Source: Candidatus Multivorans sp.
GTDB taxonomy: Bacteria > Acidobacteriota > Thermoanaerobaculia > Multivoradales > Multivoraceae
NCBI GenBank assembly: GCA_965206765.1
Contig: OZ242222.1
Span: 193,662-257,661, forward strand
DNA length: 64,000 nt
Direction of reading: 5' to 3'
Under the pieces are notes generated by a model, which saw only the letters and a program-made list of their open reading frames with translations, ran no database searches and was not told the origin of the DNA. A program made the translations under genes and the position numbers. This document shows, piece after piece, positions 27,201 to 34,543 of this stretch (the first letter of the stretch is position 1; the number at the start of each line of letters is the position of its first letter).

Positions 27201-27540
27201 GCGTGAGGGGATCTCCAACGCGGTGCGTAGTCGCTGGTTGGAGGTCGCCGAGGGCAGTACCTCGGCCAGTTCCGAAGACGCCGCCGCTTTGAAGATTCAA
27301 CGCCCAGCGGATGGCCAGACGCCCGAGCCATCGCCGGGTCCTCGTGTCGCCGACGCGCTGCTTGAGGCGAACGAGATCCAGGATCTTGCTGACAGGCTTC
27401 CCGATCTTCTAGGCGCCAGTGCCGGGTGCGGTTTGAAGTTTCGCGTGAGAGTGGAACTTGGCGAGGATGCACCGGCCGAAGCGCGTGACAAACTGAACGA
27501 GGTGCTCCGGGAGGTGTCGGACGATCTGAAGGCCGGGTAG
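24250..27540 (+). CDS. DUF499 (COG1483, BrxC/PglY-like) large AAA+ ATPase. This is the ATPase component of the DUF499/DUF1156/helicase module.
   Basis: GTG start gives MTRPRPKPWHEVVRLKDELRSGELSLAEFAADLHEV (typical DUF499 N-terminus). Walker A: TYGGGKTHTLIALYHL. Length about 1100 aa. Confidence 0.8.
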   Translation: MTRPRPKPWHEVVRLKDELRSGELSLAEFAADLHEVTLRRGKRPVYEEPEKFFALTYPTHALRELVRDVAARLAGRSDKAVRQLELTYGGGKTHTLIALYHLFRDPDGLPDVPAVSEFRQHAGHQLPGAHTAALCFDKIDVERGIEGVRSPGGETRTLRHPWSVLAYQLGGDDGLRAIHGAGSAEERETPPAEPLLVKLLERPQERGLGTLILVDEVLMYAREKAGQDRVWRDRIIDFFQYLVQATTKVDRAALVASLLATDPAKQQGAEGQRLIEDLFDVFRRQREEGVQPVGRKDVAEVLRRRFFEPAALRDTESWRSQAIGAVRELAGLDETTAKNRKTEEDRFEDSFPFHPDLTDVFYSRWTQLPGFQRTRGILRILATALREAESWDGSPLVGPSALLTAQGTEGISEAVRELAGVASSEVGEGARTDWVTLLEAELDKARQIQAELPALAASRELEQAVLAVFLYSQPIGRKASTPELLRMVGAGGPDKIMLRKGLARWRELSWFLDDEDVGADVHGVEGGLPKSWRLGNRPNLRQMHDEACKERVSTQAVEARLEEAVRQARVLTDGARAAGAAVHMLPASPKDVGDDGAFRYVVLGPDAASESGKPSALAKRYLAETTSPDRPRVHRNAVVLGVPSRDGLAAARGGIRALLGWEDVKGQLTGQTVDAMQAERLGRQLRDARARVPDAVRQAYCVVVAAGTDGDTQAFKLPGAAGPLFSEIKGDQRSRIRETPVDAEALLPGGPYDLWREGEQARFVKDLAGAFARYSHLPKVLRPQIVRETVLQGVERGLLVAQLARPDGSCRTWWREPVDSECVDDLALEVVLPGGAELKRLAPSLLEPGRLPGLWPDGGRGVDLTALLEYFGGDFTVTVSHEGYDDVVEIPGCSQAVAEEVVCQAVEQGFVWLRNGPTSVWKEEVPYGALNERAVLLRSPDELTPQELVEEALPGAWSDEQATGWGLSQALSQVRGEPVPWGLLREGISNAVRSRWLEVAEGSTSASSEDAAALKIQRPADGQTPEPSPGPRVADALLEANEIQDLADRLPDLLGASAGCGLKFRVRVELGEDAPAEARDKLNEVLREVSDDLKAG

Positions 27541-27551
27541 CGGCGCGCCGC
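27540..27551 (+). terminator. GC-rich palindrome GCGGCGCGCCGC right after the DUF499 stop. Weak hairpin without a U-tract.
   Basis: 12-bp self-complementary sequence at the stop codon. No T-run follows. Confidence 0.2.
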
Positions 27552-27674
27552 CTACTTCGCTCGCAGCTCCGAGAGCCGCAGCGTTTGCCGCAGGGGGACA
27601 AACCGCGAGAGTAGACGGGTCGGCGAAGCGAGACATGAGGTTCCTACCCGGGGAATGTTAAGGAGCAGACCGAG

Positions 27675-28937
27675 ATGAGTGCGAATCACGTTGCGACGGT
27701 TACGGAGACAGCCGCGTCGGCCTATGTGCCTCCCTTGCAACTCACGAAAGGGCAGCCGCCGCCCGTTGCTGCGAACGGTGGCCTGTCCTACATGTCGTTC
27801 GATCAGGACGGGGATGCGGGAACTGCTGCGGCGACGGAGGCGGCCTTCACGCAGGTTGCCGAGGGGCACGGGAAGGCGTTTGCGGACATGCTCGATAACG
27901 CTTCTCCCGGACCTGTCGAAACCAGGTGGGGTCTCGGGTTTCGGCGCTACGCAGAGTGCCTCGAGTACATTCAGGCGAACAACATCGAAGCCCCTGAAGG
28001 CGGCCTGGCGCTGCCGCTGCGCTACTCGGTCCGCGAGGAGCCTTCCTACTCCATCGTCTCGTCCAATGCACTCTGGCGGGACCCGGCGCGACAAGCCGAC
28101 GCAGAAGCGTTGCGCCGGTACGAACGGGACATAGCGCGGGGATGCCTGTACTTTCCGCAGGTGATGCGCGACGCGCGACGAATCAAGGAGTACTACCCGG
28201 GTCTAGAGCCTGACAGCGCCGAGTGCATGGACAAGCTTGGCCTCTCGCTGGCGCACTGTGAGTCCAGGTGCGGGAACTTCTACGACGCGGCGGAGGTGGA
28301 GCGCGTGTTCTACCCGGAGATGGAGAAGCTCCTCCTGGAGTTCTTCCCGGACGCGACGGATGCGTTTGTGTACAACCACGACGTATTCGACAAGGACTAC
28401 CAGGGAGACCGGACCGAGGACCAGGACAACAAGAACCCGGGTGTGAACGCCAACTACGCCAACCTTGTCCACAACGACTTGAACGACAACAGCGGCCGTG
28501 TACGCTGCCGCGAGCTGCTCACCAGGAACCTGCGGAACTTCGGGCGCGAGCAGCACTACACCGAAGAACAGGCGGGCGCGAAGATGTCGGGGCGCTTCAT
28601 GTCGATCAACCTCGCCAAACCAATGGAGACCGTGCGCCAGAATCCTTTCGTGCTCTGCGCCTGGCCTTCTTTCGCCGACCAGCCGTACATCACCAACTAC
28701 CGCATCTACGATGACCGCGTCGGTGAGACCACGCGCTTCACGTACCGCCCGCACCACGAGTGGTACTGGTTTCCCCAGCAGACGCCCACCGAGGTCTCGA
28801 TGCTCAAGTGCTACGACTCGGTCACCGACGGCTCCGTCTCGCGCTGGTCTTTCCACTCTGCCTGCATTGACCCGACCGCGCCCGACGATGCTCCCTGCCG
28901 GAGGAACGTCGTGGTCCGCTCCTACGTCTTCTTCTAG
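27675..28937 (+). CDS. CmcJ/AsaB (NvfI)-like hydroxylase/oxygenase family protein.
   Basis: Central segment NANYANLVHNDLN...RCRELL...RFMSINLAKP...NPFVLCAWPSF follows the HRVHvD...Rf-IINvWRPi...PLAlcD pattern of the CmcJ family. AAGGAG RBS before the ATG. Confidence 0.45.
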   Translation: MSANHVATVTETAASAYVPPLQLTKGQPPPVAANGGLSYMSFDQDGDAGTAAATEAAFTQVAEGHGKAFADMLDNASPGPVETRWGLGFRRYAECLEYIQANNIEAPEGGLALPLRYSVREEPSYSIVSSNALWRDPARQADAEALRRYERDIARGCLYFPQVMRDARRIKEYYPGLEPDSAECMDKLGLSLAHCESRCGNFYDAAEVERVFYPEMEKLLLEFFPDATDAFVYNHDVFDKDYQGDRTEDQDNKNPGVNANYANLVHNDLNDNSGRVRCRELLTRNLRNFGREQHYTEEQAGAKMSGRFMSINLAKPMETVRQNPFVLCAWPSFADQPYITNYRIYDDRVGETTRFTYRPHHEWYWFPQQTPTEVSMLKCYDSVTDGSVSRWSFHSACIDPTAPDDAPCRRNVVVRSYVFF

Positions 28938-28986
28938 CGCCGCCAAACCTGGCACAGGCTCCGTGCAGCCACGAGCAGCGACGGTG

Positions 28987-30405
28987 CTACTTCGGCTGCA
29001 ACTCCGACAATCGCACCATCTGCCGCAGCAGACTGCGGTTCGCCACGGTGCGCAGCTCGATCCGGATCGCCGGGTCGGCTTCAGTCCAGTCGATCTCCAT
29101 GTAGCCGAAGTTCGGCTCCGTGGTCGCACTGCCGACGCGGTGGCGGTTGGGTCCGATGCCGGCGCCGCGCCGGTTGAGCGAACTCGAGGTGATGTCCCAG
29201 AGCGGGTACGAGATCTCCCCGTCGAGGCGGGAGATCTCGGACCAGGGCGTGTCGCCGCTGAGCAGGAGGACGCCGCTGGCGCGAGTGTCCCGGATCAGGT
29301 CGATCAGCCGCTGCCGTTCGAGCGGCATGTTGGCCCAGCTCTCCCAGCCCGTGAACTCCATGACCGCGGGAATGCTGGTGACGAGCAGGCGCAGGTCGGC
29401 CGGCTGACGGAGTTGCGCCTCGAGCCAGTGCCACTGCTCCTCGCTCAGCATGCGGGCGCGTGCGTGGTCGTTGGGCAGGTAGGGTCCCATTGCCTGCACC
29501 GCGCGGTCCGCGGCTTCGTCGGGTGACACACGCCACAGCGGTCCGCGGTCGTAGCGGGTGTCGAGGAGGATGACCTGGAGGCGGCGTCCCGGCGGTCCGA
29601 AGCGCTGCGAGGTGTAGACGCCCTGCTGCCGGCGCCGGGCGGATCCGGGAGGCACTTCCCAGAAGTCCAGAAAGAGCTGCTGCGACTCGGCCCGCTTCGC
29701 AAAGTCGGCGCCGCCGTCCTCGCGGCCGTAGTCGAGGTCGTTCCAGGTGACCAGGAAGCGGCTCTGCCGGCGCAGTTCGGCAAGACCGGGCTTGGCCGCG
29801 AGCTTGTCGTATTGAAGTTGGAGATCGAGCATGTCGTCCGTGTCGGCGAGGACGCTGTTGCCGAGCATCAGCACGAGGTGGGGCCTCAAGGCGAGCACGG
29901 TGTCCCAGACCGGTTGCGACCGATCCTGATCGGCGCCGGCGCCGAAGGCGATGCGGCTGACGACCTCCCGGGTCAGGGTGTCCGCGGCCCGGCGACGGCG
30001 GTGGAGCGACCACACGTAGGCGGTCAGAGCGTCGACATCGCCTTCGCCGAGCTCCATGCCGCCCAGTGGCCACATCTCGTACTTGCCGCGGAAGCGGCGG
30101 CCGGCGCCGTGACGGAACCCGGTCTCGATCGCCTCGCGGACGGCCGTCGGCGAACCGTCGCCGTGGAGCCAGTCGTCGTCCGTCAGGTCCGGCCCGCGAC
30201 GGTTGCCCTGACCCTCCCAGTGGTGGCAGACGGGACAGGTCCCCTCGCGGTAGATCGCCGCTCCGCGCTCGATCGCCTCCGGGTCCGGGGCAGCCGCGAG
30301 AGCGGGGCCTGCAGCCGGGACCATGAGGCCCAGCAAGCCCAGGAGGATGCCTGGCCGGACCAGTGCCCGTCTACGGGACCGAACGCGAGGCGGTTGGCTT
30401 CGCAT
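28987..30405 (-). CDS. Secreted fusion protein: mono-heme cytochrome c domain plus PhoD-like metallophosphatase.
   Basis: Signal peptide, then CPVCH heme-binding motif. PhoD-like motifs FLVTWNDLDYG and ILLDTRYDR follow. Confidence 0.65.
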   Translation of the reverse strand: MRSQPPRVRSRRRALVRPGILLGLLGLMVPAAGPALAAAPDPEAIERGAAIYREGTCPVCHHWEGQGNRRGPDLTDDDWLHGDGSPTAVREAIETGFRHGAGRRFRGKYEMWPLGGMELGEGDVDALTAYVWSLHRRRRAADTLTREVVSRIAFGAGADQDRSQPVWDTVLALRPHLVLMLGNSVLADTDDMLDLQLQYDKLAAKPGLAELRRQSRFLVTWNDLDYGREDGGADFAKRAESQQLFLDFWEVPPGSARRRQQGVYTSQRFGPPGRRLQVILLDTRYDRGPLWRVSPDEAADRAVQAMGPYLPNDHARARMLSEEQWHWLEAQLRQPADLRLLVTSIPAVMEFTGWESWANMPLERQRLIDLIRDTRASGVLLLSGDTPWSEISRLDGEISYPLWDITSSSLNRRGAGIGPNRHRVGSATTEPNFGYMEIDWTEADPAIRIELRTVANRSLLRQMVRLSELQPK

Positions 30406-31156
30406 GCGCGAAATGTACCCTAGCGGTCAGACAACCGCGCCGGCCGGTGTATCTTCCACGCCGATGTGTGGATGGTCCGGCGCCGGTGCACCATGGGGCT
30501 ACGAGGCCCACAACGGCCCGACGGTTTGGGGCCGGCTGGACGGGGCGTACAGCACGTGCGCCCTGGGAGCGGAACAGTCTCCCATCGACCTGACGGGAGG
30601 CCGGAGAGCCGACCTGCCGCCGGTGAAGTTCGACTACCGGCGGACCGGCGCGACGATCGAGAACACCGGGCAGAGCATCCAGGTGACCCCGGCGCCCGGC
30701 AGCGGCATTGTGCTTGACGGCGTCCGCTGCGAGCTGCTGCAGTTTCACTTCCACCATGGCGGCGAGCACACGGTCGAGGGCGTGAGGCTGCCCCTGGAGA
30801 TGCACCTGGTACACCAGGACGGCAACGGTTCGACCGCGGTGGTCGGCGTTCTCTTCAGAGAGGGCCAGGAGAACGACGCGCTGGCGCCGGTCTGGGCTCA
30901 CCTTCCGGCCCATCCTTCGCCGGCGCGCGCGCTTCCGGGCGAGCTCGACCTGGCGGCGCTGCTGCCGGACAGCCGGACGATGTGGCGATACCGGGGCTCG
31001 CTCACGATGCCGCCGTGCACCGAGGGCGTCGCCTGGGCGATCTTCACCGAGTCGGCCTCGCTCTCCGGCGGTCAGATCGAGGCGTTCGCGGCGATCTATC
31101 CGAACAACTGCCGGCCCGTTCAGCCGCTCGGGAAGCGAGTGCTGTACCGGAGCTGA
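30404..31156 (+). CDS. Alpha-class carbonic anhydrase.
   Basis: SPIDL..., QFHFHHGGEHTVEGVRLPLEMHLVH, GSLTMPPCTEGVAWAIF signatures. Start is ambiguous (ATG at 30404, 30413 or 30464). Confidence 0.85.
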   Translation: MREMYPSGQTTAPAGVSSTPMCGWSGAGAPWGYEAHNGPTVWGRLDGAYSTCALGAEQSPIDLTGGRRADLPPVKFDYRRTGATIENTGQSIQVTPAPGSGIVLDGVRCELLQFHFHHGGEHTVEGVRLPLEMHLVHQDGNGSTAVVGVLFREGQENDALAPVWAHLPAHPSPARALPGELDLAALLPDSRTMWRYRGSLTMPPCTEGVAWAIFTESASLSGGQIEAFAAIYPNNCRPVQPLGKRVLYRS

Positions 31157-31213
31157 CGACTCGGCACTCGCGATCCTACGCATGGCCGAGGCCAGACAGG
31201 TGGGCTTGGCGCC

Positions 31214-31894
31214 TTAAGCCGTTGCCTCCCGGCCAACTCGATAGAGACGGCGAAACCAATCGACGAAGGCAATGGCCTCGTGGCTTTCGTGGCCAAAGTA
31301 CTTTGCCCGTACGGCGACTCCATAGGGACGCCCCGGCTCCTCTTGCCACGCAAGCCAGGCATGGAGCGCGGCCTTGGCTTCATCGCCCTCACGGAACCGG
31401 GCCTCGGCGTCCATGGCTGCAGTCGTGGCCTGCTGAGCGTGGGCAAAGAGAGCGTCTCGGTCGCCGATCAGGGTCTCAAGGAACTGCTCGAGGGCTCCCT
31501 GCGTGCGGTTGTCCGGCATGAGCCACACGCCGACACGTGTCTTGAATTGGGCGCTGACGCCGATGAAGCCTTCCTGCGGGATTGTCTTCGGGATGTCATT
31601 TACTCCGACCGATCGAAGCCGGTCTGAGACTGATTGCCAGCGCTCCTGCAAGGAGCTGTTCGCGTCGAGGACGAATCCCATCGTGAGGCCGGTACCGAGC
31701 CGGACTGCATCGCAGATGCCGCCCAGGACGCCTTCCTTCCCCTTCATCTCCTCGATCTTCGGCAGCTCCCGGGGCCAAGACTCCTCCTCGTACTCCAACT
31801 CCAGACCGTGTCTGATATGCAGATGGATCAGCGCGTGCTTGTCGTCCGGACCTTCGACGCGAAGCTCCGACCGTTTCCCGCTGGCCGCGCTCAT
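31214..31894 (-). CDS. DUF4276/RloB-like small partner of the AAA_21 ATPase (second copy). ATGA overlap with the ATPase stop.
   Basis: N-terminus KRSELRVEGPDDKHALIHL is a TOPRIM-like EG start. C-terminal ALHAWLAWQEE resembles the E-A-W motif. The real start is M74 of the tool ORF 31214..32113. Confidence 0.5.
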   Translation of the reverse strand: MSAASGKRSELRVEGPDDKHALIHLHIRHGLELEYEEESWPRELPKIEEMKGKEGVLGGICDAVRLGTGLTMGFVLDANSSLQERWQSVSDRLRSVGVNDIPKTIPQEGFIGVSAQFKTRVGVWLMPDNRTQGALEQFLETLIGDRDALFAHAQQATTAAMDAEARFREGDEAKAALHAWLAWQEEPGRPYGVAVRAKYFGHESHEAIAFVDWFRRLYRVGREATA

Positions 31895-32990
31895 CGCATT
31901 TCGAGCCCTTGATCGATCGCGATGTGGATCGACTTGGCGTCGAGACGCACCGCCTCGGCGAGTGTCGGTTCGATCTTGTGAACGGACACTTCGCGAGCGA
32001 GATGGGGATTCGATCGGAGCATGGAGTCGAGACCGACGAGGCAGTCCTTGCTGTGAGTCGTCGCGAAGACCTGCGTAGAGGACCTCTTCGCAGCCTCGAC
32101 AATCATCTGCCAAGCCGGTTCCATCGCGTTCCAGTGGAGACCTGTGTCCACTTCGTCAATGAGGAGGAAACCGCCGGATGTATGGACGAGTGCGACGGAC
32201 ATCTCGAGCAGCCGACGCATGCCATCGCCGTAGCTGCCCAGTGGGACTCTCTTTCCTCCGTTTTCGAAGTCGAGCAAGACGCCGGATGCCGAGGAATGTA
32301 GCGGCCGAGTGCCCGGCAGGAAGAGTATCGCCTTGAGTTCCGGTTCAAGGATCTTGAGCGCTGAGACGATCTCGGACTCACGGCTGGTTCTGAGCACTTG
32401 GTCCCAACTCCTTGCGAGGGGCGTGCCGGAGGGGGCATCGATGGCCAGGAACTCGACCGGGGGAAGATCAGAGTTCTCGTCCAGTCCGAATTGACGTCTC
32501 ACTGGGTAGCCGGCCAGGAGGAGCGAGCCGTCAGCCAGGACGTTGGCTGGAGGTCGGTCTCCGACCTTGCCGTCAACCTTCAGGGCAAGCACGAACGCAG
32601 GCCACCCCTCCTCTTCGGCGAGTGCCTCGGGGAGAAGGGACGCCTGCGTATCCGGATCTACAAGGCTTGCGGAAACTGGGCCATAGCCGCTGTCGTCGTT
32701 GAGCAGGAAACTCGCCTCGGGTTCCAGCTTGTGTCCAAAGAAGAAATGCGACACGTCCGGCAGGCGCACGGGGCGCTGGTCGGGTTCGCGAAAGTTGACC
32801 TCGCCCCGTCGGTTGGCCGTCCGGGCAAGAACCCGCGGATCCCCGCGCGACACGAGGAAGTGAATCGCTTCGAGGATGGATGTCTTGCCGCTGTTGTTAG
32901 CGCCTACCAGCAGATTGACGGGTGTGAAGCTGCTCAGTCGATAGTTGCTGAACCCGCGGTAGCCCTTGAGTTCCAGGCTACTGAGCATGA
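31891..32990 (-). CDS. AAA_21-family ATPase (second copy, divergent from the one at 22341).
   Basis: MLSSLELKGYRGFSN...LVGANNSGKTSILEA (Walker A). LLIDEVDTGLH (Walker B). FATTHS motif. The real start is M148 of the tool ORF 31891..33429. Confidence 0.8.
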
Positions 32991-33158
32991 CGTTTGCCTC
33001 CTCGTCCAGTCGGGTCGGATTCGGGTGAAGAAGATGAGGCGGAAGCCGGCCCTTGCCAGGAGACTCTATCCGGCCGCGAAGATCGAGGACGCTTGACCGA
33101 CCACGCTTCTTGGTGAGCCGTGCTTTCGAGCTGCACAAGTCCAGCCCGGCATTGCGCT

Positions 33159-34397
33159 TCAGTTCGCGTCCCGCACCAGCCGCAGCATGGCCTCGCTGAC
33201 GGCGCGGGAGAACCGCGGGTCGTTGATGTTCACGTCGACCTCGGTGACCGGCACCGCCCGCCTCAGATTCTTGCGCAGGGCAGTGAACAGGGCGGCGTCG
33301 GCCGCCGGGTCGTGAAACGGTCCGCCGGGAGCGGCGAGGGTGGAAACTCCGCCGAGCGGAAGGTAGACCTCGACCGGGCCGGTTGAGGCGTTCAACTTGG
33401 AGGCGAGGACCTGACCGAGCTCGGCGCACTCCTTGGGCGACGTGCGCATCAGGGTCATGTTGTCGCTCTGGTGGTGGAACGTGCGGCCCTCGAACTCGGA
33501 CGGGACGGTGTCCCGGGAGAAGAAGCTGACCATGTCCAGGCAGCCGGGTACGACGACGGCGGGCGTGCCGGTCTTGGCCGCGGCTTCCAGGCGGGACGGA
33601 CCCGCGGTGCGGACGCCGCCGACCAGTTCATCCGCGCACTCCGTCGTGGTCAGGTCGAGGACGCCGCGCACGAAACCGCCCTCGATCAAGCTCTCCATCG
33701 TGCGGCCGCCGGCGCCGGTGGCGTGGAAGACGAGAACCTCGAGCCCCTCGGTCTCGAGTCGGCGCCGGCAGGCGTCCACGCAGGAGGTGGCGCTGCGAAA
33801 CGTGGAGGCCGCGATCAGAGGACGGTCATCGCCGCCCTCGATCTCGACTTTGGCCATGGCGCAGACCGCGGCGGCGGTGCGGCTCAGGACCTGGCGGCTG
33901 ATCCGGTTGATGCCGTCGAGGTCGACGATCGAGGGCACCATGACGATGTCCTTGACGCCGACGTAGCCGGAGGCGTCTCCGCCGGCCACGGTGGACACCA
34001 TGACCTTGGGTACGCCCAGGGGCAGCACGCGCATCGCGGTCGTCGCCATCGCGGTGCCGGCCTGACCGCCCAAACCGACGATCGCGTCGAAAGTGCCGTG
34101 ACCGAAACTCCGGCGGACGACCTCCTCGGCGCCGGCGGACATCGCGGCGATCGCCCGCTTGCGGTCAGCCGCCTGGACCAGTTCCCCGATCTTCTCGCCG
34201 CCGGCGTTGGCAACCTCGCGGCGGCTCACGTCGGGGAGCCAGCTTCCGTCGAGTGCGGGCTCGCCGAGCACGCCGAGGTCGATGACGAACGCGCGGCATC
34301 CCCAGTCGCGGACGATGCGATCAACGAGGTAGGAGGCTTCGCCGCCCTTCGTGTCGAGGGTGGCCAGGACCGCGATCGTGCAGGGTGCGTCGGGCAC
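33159..34397 (-). CDS. UPF0261/Tm-1-like family protein.
   Basis: N-terminus IAVLATLDTKGGEASYLVDRI and the overall about 410-aa two-domain pattern of Tm-1-like proteins. Confidence 0.6.
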   Translation of the reverse strand: MPDAPCTIAVLATLDTKGGEASYLVDRIVRDWGCRAFVIDLGVLGEPALDGSWLPDVSRREVANAGGEKIGELVQAADRKRAIAAMSAGAEEVVRRSFGHGTFDAIVGLGGQAGTAMATTAMRVLPLGVPKVMVSTVAGGDASGYVGVKDIVMVPSIVDLDGINRISRQVLSRTAAAVCAMAKVEIEGGDDRPLIAASTFRSATSCVDACRRRLETEGLEVLVFHATGAGGRTMESLIEGGFVRGVLDLTTTECADELVGGVRTAGPSRLEAAAKTGTPAVVVPGCLDMVSFFSRDTVPSEFEGRTFHHQSDNMTLMRTSPKECAELGQVLASKLNASTGPVEVYLPLGGVSTLAAPGGPFHDPAADAALFTALRKNLRRAVPVTEVDVNINDPRFSRAVSEAMLRLVRDAN

Positions 34398-34543
34398 AGC
34401 CCGGCCATCCTACGGAGGAGAAGCGCCCGAAGACAAGATGTTCGGGATAGTAGAGTCGCGAGGATCCTGCGCACCTACCGGGATGAAGGCCGCCGCATCA
34501 GAGGTCCACGACGATAGGCGACTGGTTCCGCAACCCTGCATCA

